64,000 bases of DNA from Polyangiales bacterium (GTDB lineage: Bacteria > Myxococcota_A > Polyangia > Polyangiales > Houyiibacteriaceae): the NCBI GenBank assembly GCA_045106895.1, contig JBGCFM010000149.1:32001-96000 (forward strand). Direction: 5' to 3'. How positions within the stretch are numbered: position 1 is the first letter of the stretch; every line of letters starts with the position of its first letter. This document shows, piece by piece, positions 1 to 9,318 of the stretch. The position numbers and the translations under genes were made by a program. The notes beneath the pieces were generated by a model that was given only the letters and a program-made list of their open reading frames with translations, was not told the origin of the DNA and did no database searches.

Positions 1-97
1 CGTTCAGCTCTGGGTGGTCTCGGACAACCTTCGCAAAGGCGCGGCGACGAACGCGGTTCAAATCGCGGAGCTGCTTCTCCAAGAGTCCGCGCACTGA
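1..97 (+). CDS. asd: Aspartate-semialdehyde dehydrogenase, 3' end (partial)
   Basis: Frame 2 reads VQLWVVSDNLRKGAATNAVQIAELL..*, the Asd C-terminal signature; truA lies nearby as in the usual asd-truA synteny. Confidence 0.93.
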   Translation, partial: VQLWVVSDNLRKGAATNAVQIAELLLQESAH

Positions 98-236
98 TGG
101 GTTTTTGCCCCGTGAAGCCCATCGCCCGTTGGACAGCTTGTCAATTCGGCGCGCCACGCCACGGCGCCGCTGACACATTGACCTTTGTGAACGTCTCCAA
201 ACTGTGAAAAGGGCAAAAAACGGCTGTATTGGCGTA

Positions 237-252
237 TGGTCCGACCTTTGCT
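237..252 (+). promoter_or_regulatory. Putative sigma54 -24/-12 promoter
   Basis: TGGTCCGACCTTTGCT has GG-N10-GC with TTGCT, 46 bp before the ATG at 299. Confidence 0.55.
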
Positions 253-298
253 AGCGATATCCCTGCGGTTTGCTAAGGCCGCATAGAGACGCCCCACC

Positions 299-1219
299 AT
301 GAACCGAATCTCCATCTGCACAGTCCTTTTCCTGCTCACCAGCACCGCTGCGGCGCAGGATGTTCTAAGCGTCACCGACATCGGCGGCGAGAGCGTTTCG
401 TCCTCGGATATCGCCCGCGTCGGGATCGCTGAATGCGAGTCGACGACCCCGGTCATCGCCACCGTCACTACCCTCATGGGGACCGACGAGGTCGACCTCT
501 GGTATGGCGTGAACCTCAACTGCAGCACCGCCGAAGAGCGTGACGAAGTAGACGGCGGCTGCGAGTACATCGGTCACGCGGACACTGGCATCAACTCCTT
601 CGAGATCAGCATCCAGGATTTGACGGCGGCGTTTCCGACAACCTGCACGTCGAACGAGAACCAGGTCACGGTGTACGCGCTTTACACCACGACGAACGAA
701 GACCGCGCGGCCGTAGAGGGCTTCGGCACCGTCACCATCGAGTTTGATGGCGTCGCCCCCGACGCGCCTGAGATCAGCTCAGCCGCGGTGAGCGGTGACT
801 CCCAAGCCACGGTTAGCTGGGAGCTGATCAACGATGAAGACGCGTCCTTCGAGCTCATCGATGGCGGCGAGTGTGAAAGCGGTCCTCCCGACGATGACGC
901 CACGCCATTCGCGACAACGGCGCAGCGTACCGACAGCGAAACTTTCAACCCAGCGACAGCCCTCAACCTCGAACAAGGCCAGTCCCGTGGCGTCTACGTG
1001 GTCTCCGTTGACCTCGCCGGAAACCGAAGCGAGCCCTCCGACGAGGTCTGCGTCACGCGCGTCGCCGTCACCGGCTTCTGCGAGGTGTTCAACGACATGG
1101 GCGGCGCCGACTGCGACGAAGCGGGCTGCTCTGTAGCCGCCCCGGGCTCCGGCGGGTCCGGCTCCGGCGCTCCTCTCCTCTTCATGCTTGTGGCATTTCT
1201 CTGGACTCGTCGACGATGA
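299..1219 (+). CDS. Secreted surface protein with MYXO-CTERM-like sorting tail (MXAN_2561-like)
   Basis: Signal peptide, Cys-containing Ig/FN3-like region (DLAGNRSEPS), C-terminal GCSVAAPG..hydrophobic..RRR. Confidence 0.75.
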   Translation: MNRISICTVLFLLTSTAAAQDVLSVTDIGGESVSSSDIARVGIAECESTTPVIATVTTLMGTDEVDLWYGVNLNCSTAEERDEVDGGCEYIGHADTGINSFEISIQDLTAAFPTTCTSNENQVTVYALYTTTNEDRAAVEGFGTVTIEFDGVAPDAPEISSAAVSGDSQATVSWELINDEDASFELIDGGECESGPPDDDATPFATTAQRTDSETFNPATALNLEQGQSRGVYVVSVDLAGNRSEPSDEVCVTRVAVTGFCEVFNDMGGADCDEAGCSVAAPGSGGSGSGAPLLFMLVAFLWTRRR

Positions 1220-1914
1220 ACCGTTTCCTCTCCCTAGCCCTCGCCCTCCTCGCTTTGGGCTCCGTTCACTCCAGCGCCGAGGCGCAGTACTCGGACGAGT
1301 ATCGGCGGCCGAACGAGTCACAAGAGATGTTCGCCTTTGAGCTCGGCGTCGGCCAGTACCGACCGGACGTCGGCAACGATGCCTTCGATCGTGTGTTCGG
1401 GTCAGACTTTGGGCCTGCGCTTCGGCTCGAACTCGACGTGCTCCCGCTCCGCATTCCATACGTGGGTCGCGTCGGAGTCGGTGTGAACGCGGGCTGGTCC
1501 CTTCATTCGAACGGCGCTTGCATTGACGTGGCGTGCACGGAGCGCGCGGACGAAGAGACGGAGATGCGGATCTGGCCCATCGGAGTGATGGCTGTCTTGC
1601 GCATCGATGTGCTCGCCCGCGAGCTCTCGATTCCGCTTCTGCTCACAGGCAAGATCGGCCTTGATGCTGTGGTGTACGACATCAACTCTGGCGCCAACGA
1701 CGAAGCCAGCGGCGTGTCCCTCGGACTCAAGTGGTCCGCTCAGCTCGCCCTTGAGCTCGACTTCATTCGACCGACGCGAGCACGCTCCCTCGACGAAGAG
1801 TGGGGCATCAACCACACCTTCCTCTTCGCCGAACTCTTCGGCTCCACAGCGTCGAGCAATCTCCCCGTCGGCACCAGCCTGTCGTGGCTCGTCGGCCTCG
1901 GCATGACCTTCTAG
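1216..1914 (+). CDS. Outer-membrane beta-barrel protein (MXAN_2562-like)
   Basis: Signal peptide, alternating beta-strands, ARSLDEEWGINHTFLFAE motif, C-terminal Phe; ATGA overlap with the upstream gene. Confidence 0.75.
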   Translation: MNRFLSLALALLALGSVHSSAEAQYSDEYRRPNESQEMFAFELGVGQYRPDVGNDAFDRVFGSDFGPALRLELDVLPLRIPYVGRVGVGVNAGWSLHSNGACIDVACTERADEETEMRIWPIGVMAVLRIDVLARELSIPLLLTGKIGLDAVVYDINSGANDEASGVSLGLKWSAQLALELDFIRPTRARSLDEEWGINHTFLFAELFGSTASSNLPVGTSLSWLVGLGMTF

Positions 1915-1936
1915 TTCGCTCGAGCGAAAGAACGCT

Positions 1937-2794
1937 GTGTCGAAAGAAGCCCCCGAGTTTCCTTTTGGGGTGCGCCTCCGCATCGCCTACGACGGAACGG
2001 ACTTTCATGGGTGGCAGTTCCAGGGACATGGCCTGCGCACCGTCCAGGGTGAGCTTGAGAAAGGCGTGGCAGCCCTCGGGCTTCGCGCCGGACGCATTCG
2101 TGGCGCCAGCCGCACGGACGCCGGCGTCCATGCCCAAGGTCAGGTCGTTCAGTTCGCTTGTGAACGCCAGATCCCATCCAGTGGTCTGAGGATCGGGCTC
2201 AACGGGGTCCTTCCCCACGACATCGTCGTCACGGAAGCGACGACATGCCACCGGCTCTACAACCCCCGTTTTGACGCCGACAAGAAGCTCTACCGCTACC
2301 GAATCGCCGTTGGCGAGTTTCGCGACCCCCTGACCCGACGCCAGGCTTGGCAATATGGGCCGCGTATCGCCCGGCGAGATCAGGGCCGAGAGCGCCGGGC
2401 CTGTGTGGCGGACTACCTGGATGTGCCGGCGATGAAGGCCGCGGCAGCAAAACTGGTGGGGCACCATGACTTTCAAGCCTTCCGTGCTTATGACGACGGA
2501 CGTGAGCACACCGAGCGAACGATGGAGCGAGTCGACGTGATCGAATCCTACGGCGGACAGGCCGATCAGCTGGCCTTCGAAATCGTGGGAGATGGCTTCA
2601 TGAAGAATATGATCCGAATCTTCGCCGGGACCCTCGCCGATGTAGGTCGTCAGCGACTCCAGCCGGAGGTGATCGACGCGATGCTCGCCGCGGACGGTGG
2701 CCGTTCCATGGGTGGACCCACCGCACCGCCCCACGGCTTGAGCCTCGTGCAGATCTGGCTCGTCCGTGGTGACCACAAGCGAGCCGCGTTGTGA
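1937..2794 (+). CDS. truA: tRNA pseudouridine(38-40) synthase
   Basis: IAYDGTDFHGWQ, ASRTDAGVHA and TAPPHGL motifs. Confidence 0.96.
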   Translation: MSKEAPEFPFGVRLRIAYDGTDFHGWQFQGHGLRTVQGELEKGVAALGLRAGRIRGASRTDAGVHAQGQVVQFACERQIPSSGLRIGLNGVLPHDIVVTEATTCHRLYNPRFDADKKLYRYRIAVGEFRDPLTRRQAWQYGPRIARRDQGRERRACVADYLDVPAMKAAAAKLVGHHDFQAFRAYDDGREHTERTMERVDVIESYGGQADQLAFEIVGDGFMKNMIRIFAGTLADVGRQRLQPEVIDAMLAADGGRSMGGPTAPPHGLSLVQIWLVRGDHKRAAL

Positions 2795-3624
2795 GACGCG
2801 CCTTGCTGGCGTGCGCCCTCCTCTTGGTCAGCACTCAAGCCTTTGCCCAAGACGGGGAGACCGAGGTCAGTGCTGAGGTCGACCCCGAGGTCAGTGCTGA
2901 GGTCGACGCCGAGAACACCGTCGCCGAGACAAACGTCACGGCCGAAGGCAGCGCAGACGCTGCACCCGACGTGCCCGATGTGGACGAGCCCGCGGCGCGC
3001 GCCAAGTTCGCCCTCGTGATCGTTGGTGACGCCGACGCCGTCCTTCAAACGCGTGCATCGGACCTTAGCCAAGCACTTCATGACGCGGGCCTCACGAGCG
3101 TTCACGACGACGCCATTCGCGAAGCGCTCCTCGGCGGTGGAACAGACGAGGATGGACTTGGACCTCTTCGTGGCGCCCGCCGCACCCTGTCGCTCAGTGA
3201 CGATGCCGGCGCACGCTCCGACGCCCTGGAGCGAATTGGGCGCGCCAGCGGGGCGGACACGCTCGTCCTCGTCGCGCGTCGGGCCCCTACTTTGCGGGTC
3301 TACGACCTCACGGCACGGTCATTCTACCAGGCGGTGCCCGCCAGCCCGGATGATGTCCCCTACATTGCGAGTGCCACGCGTGCCGCCGCCGCGCGTGCCC
3401 TGACCGCCCCTGCCCTCGTTGCTGAGGCCGCCGAAGAGGCCGAAGCGGAAGTCGACGCAGACGAGGAACTCCCTCCGGTTCGTGCGTTTTTTAGGAAAAA
3501 CTGGCCCTACATGGTCGCCGCCGTCCTGCTTGCGGGAGCCATCGTCTGGCTCGTCGTTGGCGCGGGCAGCGATGACGAGGCCCCACCACCAGTGCTACGC
3601 TTCCGGCCAGGCAGCGCTGAATAG
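2791..3624 (+). CDS. Hypothetical exported protein with C-terminal TM helix
   Basis: Signal peptide (AFA-Q), acidic linker, hydrophobic segment near the C-terminus; coupled to truA. Confidence 0.7.
   Translation: MRRALLACALLLVSTQAFAQDGETEVSAEVDPEVSAEVDAENTVAETNVTAEGSADAAPDVPDVDEPAARAKFALVIVGDADAVLQTRASDLSQALHDAGLTSVHDDAIREALLGGGTDEDGLGPLRGARRTLSLSDDAGARSDALERIGRASGADTLVLVARRAPTLRVYDLTARSFYQAVPASPDDVPYIASATRAAAARALTAPALVAEAAEEAEAEVDADEELPPVRAFFRKNWPYMVAAVLLAGAIVWLVVGAGSDDEAPPPVLRFRPGSAE
2861..2908 (+). repeat. In-frame 24-bp tandem duplication (EVSAEVD x2)
   Basis: CCGAGGTCAGTGCTGAGGTCGAC occurs twice in tandem. Confidence 0.85.
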
Positions 3625-3626
3625 CA

Positions 3627-4829
3627 ATGACGAACAAGAGGCAGAAAGGTGTGTGGGCCTGGTTCCTGCGTTTTCGAACGCCGCTGATCTTCGTTGCTCT
3701 CCTCGCAGCCGCCTCCGCCTGGACCCTCGACGCGATGACTCCGCCGGAGCAGGGGCCGACCTCGCCGGGCGATGAAAGCGTGGCCCTTGATGCAGCCCCG
3801 GCGGATGAGGTGGCGGAGGCCGCCCCTCGCGAGGGGCGTTTCGAACTCCCGCCACCGCCGGAAGGTTTTGTCACCGAACAGGTTGGCGATGTCCGATGGA
3901 GCTTTCCGCGTGGCGCCCAGAGTCTGGCGCGGACTCTCCAGAACGAACGGGCAACAACCTGGGCGATGCTCGAAGAGGACTTTGGCATTGAACTTGATGA
4001 GACTCTTGAGGTTCGCATCGCTCGAAACCCGGAAGAGATGCGAGAGCTCGCCCCGCGCTTCGCCCCGCCGCCGGCCTACGCGACAGGTGTCGCCTACACG
4101 CACCACGGGCTCATCTTGTTGTCCGCCATCGCACCCGACACCTGGGAGGCGCCGGACCTAGAGACGGTCTTCGTCCACGAGCTGAGCCATGTGGCTCTTC
4201 GGCGTGCTGCACGCGGACACGCCATGCCGCGCTGGTTCGTCGAGGGAGTCGCCGTCGTCCACGCCGGCGAGCAGAGCTTCGAGCGCATCAAGTCCCTCTG
4301 GCAAGGACACCGCTCCGGTAGCCTGATGCCCCTCGATCAGCTCGCCGGGAACTTCCCCTCGCGCCCCTACGAAGTGAACCTCGCCTACGCGCAGTCCGCC
4401 GATGTCGTGAACTTCCTGCGTTCTGGAGACGGTGACTCGCGGCGCTTCGTTCGTCTCATCGACGAGCTTGGCGAAGGCGACGGGTTCACCAGCGCGCTCA
4501 GTGATGCGTACGCGCTCACGCCAGGCCAGCTCGAACGTGACTGGCGCGAGTACCTGAACGGCAAAGTGCAGACGTTGCCGCTCATCGTCGGCGGTTCGAC
4601 GTTCTGGGCCCTCGCCGCGATTCTTCTGTTCTTGGCGTGGCGAAAACGCCGCAAGGTGCACAAGCGACGTCTCGGCGAGATGGCGATGCGCGAACGCGCG
4701 GACAACGCAGCGATCGCACGCATCGAGGCGAAAATCCGTGAAGACACGCCGATGGCGCTCTTCTTGGATACGCGGGAGACCGAAGTCCCGACGGTTCAAC
4801 ACGAAGGCAAAGAACACACGCTTCACTAG
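3627..4829 (+). CDS. Peptidase MA-like zinc metallohydrolase, membrane anchored
   Basis: HELSH..PRWFVEGVA..AYAQS motifs; N- and C-terminal TM segments. Confidence 0.85.
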   Translation: MTNKRQKGVWAWFLRFRTPLIFVALLAAASAWTLDAMTPPEQGPTSPGDESVALDAAPADEVAEAAPREGRFELPPPPEGFVTEQVGDVRWSFPRGAQSLARTLQNERATTWAMLEEDFGIELDETLEVRIARNPEEMRELAPRFAPPPAYATGVAYTHHGLILLSAIAPDTWEAPDLETVFVHELSHVALRRAARGHAMPRWFVEGVAVVHAGEQSFERIKSLWQGHRSGSLMPLDQLAGNFPSRPYEVNLAYAQSADVVNFLRSGDGDSRRFVRLIDELGEGDGFTSALSDAYALTPGQLERDWREYLNGKVQTLPLIVGGSTFWALAAILLFLAWRKRRKVHKRRLGEMAMRERADNAAIARIEAKIREDTPMALFLDTRETEVPTVQHEGKEHTLH

Positions 4830-4882
4830 CTCGCCCTTGAAGCGAGCTGGCTAACGTGTGTCTTGTGACAGTGCGCGGGTGG

Positions 4883-5287
4883 TCAGCGTGTGACCATCGC
4901 CACGATGATGGCGAGGATGAGCAGTGAGAAGATCACGCCGAGGAAGATCAGGGCTCCTCCAGAGCCAGCATCTTCGACGGGATCGATGTCGCTGCCTTCC
5001 GCGCTCGCGGCCGCCTTGCGCTTGGCGCGTCGCTCCTCCCGCGTAAGTCGCTTCGCGACGGGCTTTGCTGGCTTTTCGGGCGCCGCTTCGGGCTCCGGCT
5101 CAGGCTTCTTCTCCTTCGCCACGGGCTTCTTCGCTTCGGCGGGCTTGGCCGCGCTCACGGCGGGCTCGGCTTCAACCGGCTCATCGGGTTCCGCCGCCTC
5201 GTCGACGTCCGCAGACACCTCCTTCAGCTTGGATTCGACGCGCTTTGCCTTTTTGGGCTTTTTCTTGCTCTTCTTGCCTTTGGCCAT
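4883..5287 (-). CDS. Hypothetical Lys/Glu/Ala-rich protein with C-terminal TM anchor
   Basis: Low-complexity ORF with typical codon usage and a hydrophobic C-terminus. Confidence 0.7.
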   Translation of the reverse strand: MAKGKKSKKKPKKAKRVESKLKEVSADVDEAAEPDEPVEAEPAVSAAKPAEAKKPVAKEKKPEPEPEAAPEKPAKPVAKRLTREERRAKRKAAASAEGSDIDPVEDAGSGGALIFLGVIFSLLILAIIVAMVTR

Positions 5288-5360
5288 CGGCGTTTCCTAA
5301 CACGCAAAGTGCGATCAGGACAGCGCGTGAATTAGCGGCGAAAGGAAGTATCTTCTCGCC

Positions 5361-5771
5361 ATGCCGCAAATCATCCAGCCCCCAGACCTCGCCAAGGCGC
5401 GTGGCTACTCCAATGGACTCGCCTATCCCGCCGGCCAGCTGCTCTTTGTCGCAGGGCAGATCGGCTGGGACGCGGAGTGCAAGCTCGTCTCCACTGCCTT
5501 CGCGGCCCAGTACGACCAGGCATTGGCGAATGTGATGTCCGTCGTTCGCGAAGCTGGCGCCGAGGCCACCTCCGTGGGCCGCATGACCGTCTATGTCACG
5601 GACAAGAAGGCATACCTCGCCGTCCTCAAAGAGCTGGGCGCCATTCACAAACGGCACATGGGCAGGCACTACCCCGCGATGTCCCTCGTCGAGGTCAAAG
5701 ACCTCCTCGAAGAGGGCGCGCTTGTTGAAATCGAAGCGACGGCTGTGATCCCAGCAAAGGAAGTTCAATGA
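5361..5771 (+). CDS. RidA/YjgF family protein
   Basis: GYS..LFVAGQIG..YPAMSLVEV..LVEIEATA. Confidence 0.92.
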   Translation: MPQIIQPPDLAKARGYSNGLAYPAGQLLFVAGQIGWDAECKLVSTAFAAQYDQALANVMSVVREAGAEATSVGRMTVYVTDKKAYLAVLKELGAIHKRHMGRHYPAMSLVEVKDLLEEGALVEIEATAVIPAKEVQ

Positions 5772-6568
5772 TCGAAACGAAAAGCTTCAAGACAGAGCTG
5801 AGCCCGGACGGTGTGCTCACGGTGACGTTGAGTCGCCCAAAACGCATCAACGCCCTCACCTTCGAGGTCTACGGGGAACTCCGCGATCTCTTCCGCCACC
5901 TCAAAGAGAACGAACCTGAAGTTCGTAGCGTCGTTCTCAACGGCGAAGGCCCACGTGGGTTCTGCAGCGGAGGCGACGTTAGCGACATTATCGCCCAGCT
6001 CTTCGATCGCGATATGGCCGGTCTCGTCGAGTTCACCCGAATGACGGGCGCCCTGGTTCACGCCATTCGCACCACACGCCCACCCGTCATCGCCGCGCTT
6101 CACGGCGTCTGCTGCGGGGCCGGAGCCGTCATCGCGGCCGCGTGCGATATTCGTTATGCCGCCCCCGATCTGCGGATGGCCTACCTCTTCCCGCAGGTCG
6201 GTTTGTCCGGCGCGGACATGGGTGCCGCCTACCTCCTGCCGCGCATCGTAGGACTGGGCCGCGCGAGCGAGTTGCTCTACGGAGGTGACTTTATCAACGC
6301 GGAAGAGGCTCATCGTATCGGACTTATCAACCGAATCGTCGACGCCGAGGCCTTGCAGAGCGAAGCCCATGCCTTCGCGACGAAGCTAGCCAAGGGGCCC
6401 GCCTTCGCCCACGCGATGACGAAGAAGATGCTCGAGTACGAAGGCCACTGCGACTTCACGACGGCCATCGAAGCCGAGGCCCAAGCGCAAGCCATCTGCA
6501 TGGCGCACACAGACTTCCGCGAAGCCCATGACGCCTACACCGGCAAACGACCACCGAAGTTCGCTTGA
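5768..6568 (+). CDS. Enoyl-CoA hydratase/isomerase family protein
   Basis: FCSGGDV, G-A-G-A-V-I-A-A-A-CDIR, GADMGA motifs. Confidence 0.92.
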   Translation: MIETKSFKTELSPDGVLTVTLSRPKRINALTFEVYGELRDLFRHLKENEPEVRSVVLNGEGPRGFCSGGDVSDIIAQLFDRDMAGLVEFTRMTGALVHAIRTTRPPVIAALHGVCCGAGAVIAAACDIRYAAPDLRMAYLFPQVGLSGADMGAAYLLPRIVGLGRASELLYGGDFINAEEAHRIGLINRIVDAEALQSEAHAFATKLAKGPAFAHAMTKKMLEYEGHCDFTTAIEAEAQAQAICMAHTDFREAHDAYTGKRPPKFA

Positions 6569-6570
6569 TC

Positions 6571-7752
6571 ATGCCGACCCCCCTGCCCGACTACTTTCAG
6601 TTCGCGCCCTTCGTGGATGCGGAAATGCTCTCCGAGGTCTGGGGCGCCGCAGACTCCCTCGCCGCGGAAGCGCTCGCCCTCGAAGACGGTCGCTCCGCCG
6701 GCGACGCCCTCGTCGCGATGGTTCGCTTGATGGGCGGGCGCGGACTGCTTCGCTTTGTCACGAGCAAAGAGTACGGAGGTGCCTACGACGCGCTCTCCGT
6801 ACGTTCCCTGTGCCTGGTGCGCGAACGCCTTGGCCACGCGTCTCCTTTGGTCGAGCTCGCCTTCGCGATGCAGGGGCTCGGTAGTTACCCGCTCACGCAC
6901 GCCGGTGGCTCCATGGCTGACGCGTGGCTTCCAAAAGTCGTCGCCGGCGAGGCCGTCGCGGCTTTTGCGCTGACAGAAGCCGAAGCAGGCAGCGACCTCA
7001 ACGGAATCTCCACCCGCGCCCACCGCGATGGGGACGAGTGGGTGCTCAGCGGCGAGAAGGTCTTCATCTCGAACGCTCCCGTCGCCGACATGTTCGTTGT
7101 GTTCGCTCGAACGAGCGACGAGGGCCCCGCCTCGCGAGCCCTGAGCGCGTTCTTGGTGCCTGGAAAGCACGTAGGGGTAAGCACGGAAGCCACTCAAGTG
7201 CTCGGCGGCCATCCGATTGGGACGCTTCGCCTCGAGGGCGCTCGTCTTCCTGCAGATCATCTGGTCGGCGAAGAAGGACGCGGCCTCGGACTCGCCTTGG
7301 CGACGCTAGGACGTTTTCGGACCAGCGTCGGCGGCGCGGCGCTGGGCTTCGCTCAACGAGCCCTCGATGAGAGCGTCGCTCACGTAAAGTCGCGCCGGCA
7401 GTTCGGGGCTCCTCTCGCGGAGCTCGACGCTGTTCGGGGACGCATCGGCGACATGGCGTGCCTCCTAGAGAGCAGCCGTCTACTGGTTTACCGTTCGGCG
7501 ATGGCGCTGGATGGCGGCGCCGATCGCCCTGCGAGCACACGTATGGGCAGCATGGCCAAACTCGTCGCGACGGAGTCCGCACAGAAGATCATCGACTCCG
7601 CGGTGCAGCTCCACGGCGGTCGTGGCGTGCAAAGCGAACACATCGTCGCGCGACTCTACGAGGAGGTTCGGGCGCTCCGTATCTACGAGGGCACAAGCGA
7701 CATTCAGCGCGTGCTCATCGCACGCGAAGTACTGCGGGACACCCGCACATGA
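6571..7752 (+). CDS. Acyl-CoA dehydrogenase
   Basis: [37 protein letters not shown]. Confidence 0.94.
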   Translation: MPTPLPDYFQFAPFVDAEMLSEVWGAADSLAAEALALEDGRSAGDALVAMVRLMGGRGLLRFVTSKEYGGAYDALSVRSLCLVRERLGHASPLVELAFAMQGLGSYPLTHAGGSMADAWLPKVVAGEAVAAFALTEAEAGSDLNGISTRAHRDGDEWVLSGEKVFISNAPVADMFVVFARTSDEGPASRALSAFLVPGKHVGVSTEATQVLGGHPIGTLRLEGARLPADHLVGEEGRGLGLALATLGRFRTSVGGAALGFAQRALDESVAHVKSRRQFGAPLAELDAVRGRIGDMACLLESSRLLVYRSAMALDGGADRPASTRMGSMAKLVATESAQKIIDSAVQLHGGRGVQSEHIVARLYEEVRALRIYEGTSDIQRVLIAREVLRDTRT

Positions 7753-8900
7753 GCGCATGGTGGCGAGACCCACGGGGCGGCCCACTCTGCGATGCCGCGG
7801 ACGCCTTCGTTCAGTGGCGCGGCGGGGAGCCTGCCCCCGCCGCCGCCGCCGTCGCCTGGCTCTCGGGCCATCTGGACGACTTTGCCCACGACGATGACGC
7901 GCCCCCCAGCGACGACGAGCGCTTCGTCGAAGGTGGAGGGGCGTTCTTGGGGATGGTGCTCGTGACGGCGCGTGCAGGGAGACACGCGCGGAGAGGCACC
8001 GATCACAGAGTCCTCCTCGGCGCGCATGGCAGCTTCGATCCTTTCGGCGCCATCGACGCTTCCCTGGATGCCGATGAACCGCGCCGTGAACTTGCGGAGC
8101 GTCTTCGGTTCGCGGAAGACGAAGCACGGGGCGTGGGTCCGACGTCTCGCGTCGTCGCTGCCTTCGCCGACGCCCTCGCCGCAGCGTCCACGCCGCGCCG
8201 GCTCCGGGAGCGCTTCGACCTGGAGGTGGTCACCGACGACGGCATCGAGGTCAACCTGAGCCGCGCCGCCGAGACCACCCGCGATCAATCCCCGGACGCC
8301 CTTGTACAAGCCGTATCCAAGCTCGTCTCAATGCTGCCGGGAAACAGCGTTGACGGGGAAGACAACACCTGGGAGCAGCTCGGTCCGCAGCTCGTCCCGC
8401 GCCTCGTCACCGAAGCCTTCGCGCTGGAACTGAAAGAGACCGGACGCGGCGAGCTGGCGACTTGGCCCCTTGGCCATCAGCTCCTGGTCGCGCTTCAAGC
8501 ACGCTTTGAGACGCGGGCGCGATACATCCGACAGGATGAAGTCGCCTCCTGGGAAGAAGACGCCTACGCCGTCGCGCTGGCGAACCTAGCGCGGCAGTCT
8601 GCGGGCGCGCGCTTCGCGGCCCTCGACGTCGAGCATGGCCCCCTCGTCGTTGCGCGCACCGGCGATGGGCTCGACTCCGCTCGAATACTCTTGCCTAGCC
8701 TCGCGGACGTTCTTCAGGCGCACCTCGGAGAGACCTTTGTTCTCGCCGCGCCGCACCGAGACACGCTCCTGGCGGCGCCGGACACGGGCGAAGGTCGCCG
8801 GCTTCTCCGTACGCGCGCGGGTGATCTGGCGGCGCGGGCCCCCCACGCCATCAGCGCAGAGCTCTTCCGCAGCCAGCACGGACGCCTTCAGGAGGTCTAG
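7749..8900 (+). CDS. Hypothetical protein with DUF1444-like C-terminal region
   Basis: ATGA overlap at 7749; GDGLDSARILLP..APHRDTLL motif. Confidence 0.65.
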   Translation: MSAWWRDPRGGPLCDAADAFVQWRGGEPAPAAAAVAWLSGHLDDFAHDDDAPPSDDERFVEGGGAFLGMVLVTARAGRHARRGTDHRVLLGAHGSFDPFGAIDASLDADEPRRELAERLRFAEDEARGVGPTSRVVAAFADALAAASTPRRLRERFDLEVVTDDGIEVNLSRAAETTRDQSPDALVQAVSKLVSMLPGNSVDGEDNTWEQLGPQLVPRLVTEAFALELKETGRGELATWPLGHQLLVALQARFETRARYIRQDEVASWEEDAYAVALANLARQSAGARFAALDVEHGPLVVARTGDGLDSARILLPSLADVLQAHLGETFVLAAPHRDTLLAAPDTGEGRRLLRTRAGDLAARAPHAISAELFRSQHGRLQEV

Positions 8901-9221
8901 GGATTCACTTCAGAAGGCGCCGGCGGCGGCGTTTCATCAAAACGCTCGTCCGCTTCGGGGAGCTGATCCCCAGGGCAAGTGTTTGAGCTGGAGCAGTCGC
9001 CTCCTGGCGCGACGATGGGCTCTGGCGCGACGACAGGCTCAGGTGCAACAACGGGCTCCGGCGCGACGACAGGCTCTGGCTCCTCGAGCGCAGGTGCGGG
9101 CGTGGGCTCTTCGGTGCACGTGTTCGAACTAACAGTCGCTGCCGGGCGGCTCTGGGGTCTCGTCGCAGCCACGAGGGCCAAAGAGACCCGAGAGGAAACA
9201 GAAGATGATCAGTTGGAGCAT
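8897..9221 (-). pseudogene. Small Pro/Glu-rich exported protein, frameshifted near 9131
   Basis: GGAG RBS and ATG at 9221 give MLQLIIFCFLSGLFGPRGC..PGSDC*; SSNTC continues in another frame, and an intact second copy PGGDCSSSNTC lies downstream. Confidence 0.6.
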
Positions 9222-9318
9222 GGGCAGGACTCCATCGGGTAGCTCGTGAGTGGCCGGAGAGTAGACCCACGCTGCCCCGAAAACCTTGGGACTTGCCTAC
9301 GAGTAGCGTGGAGAGGGC

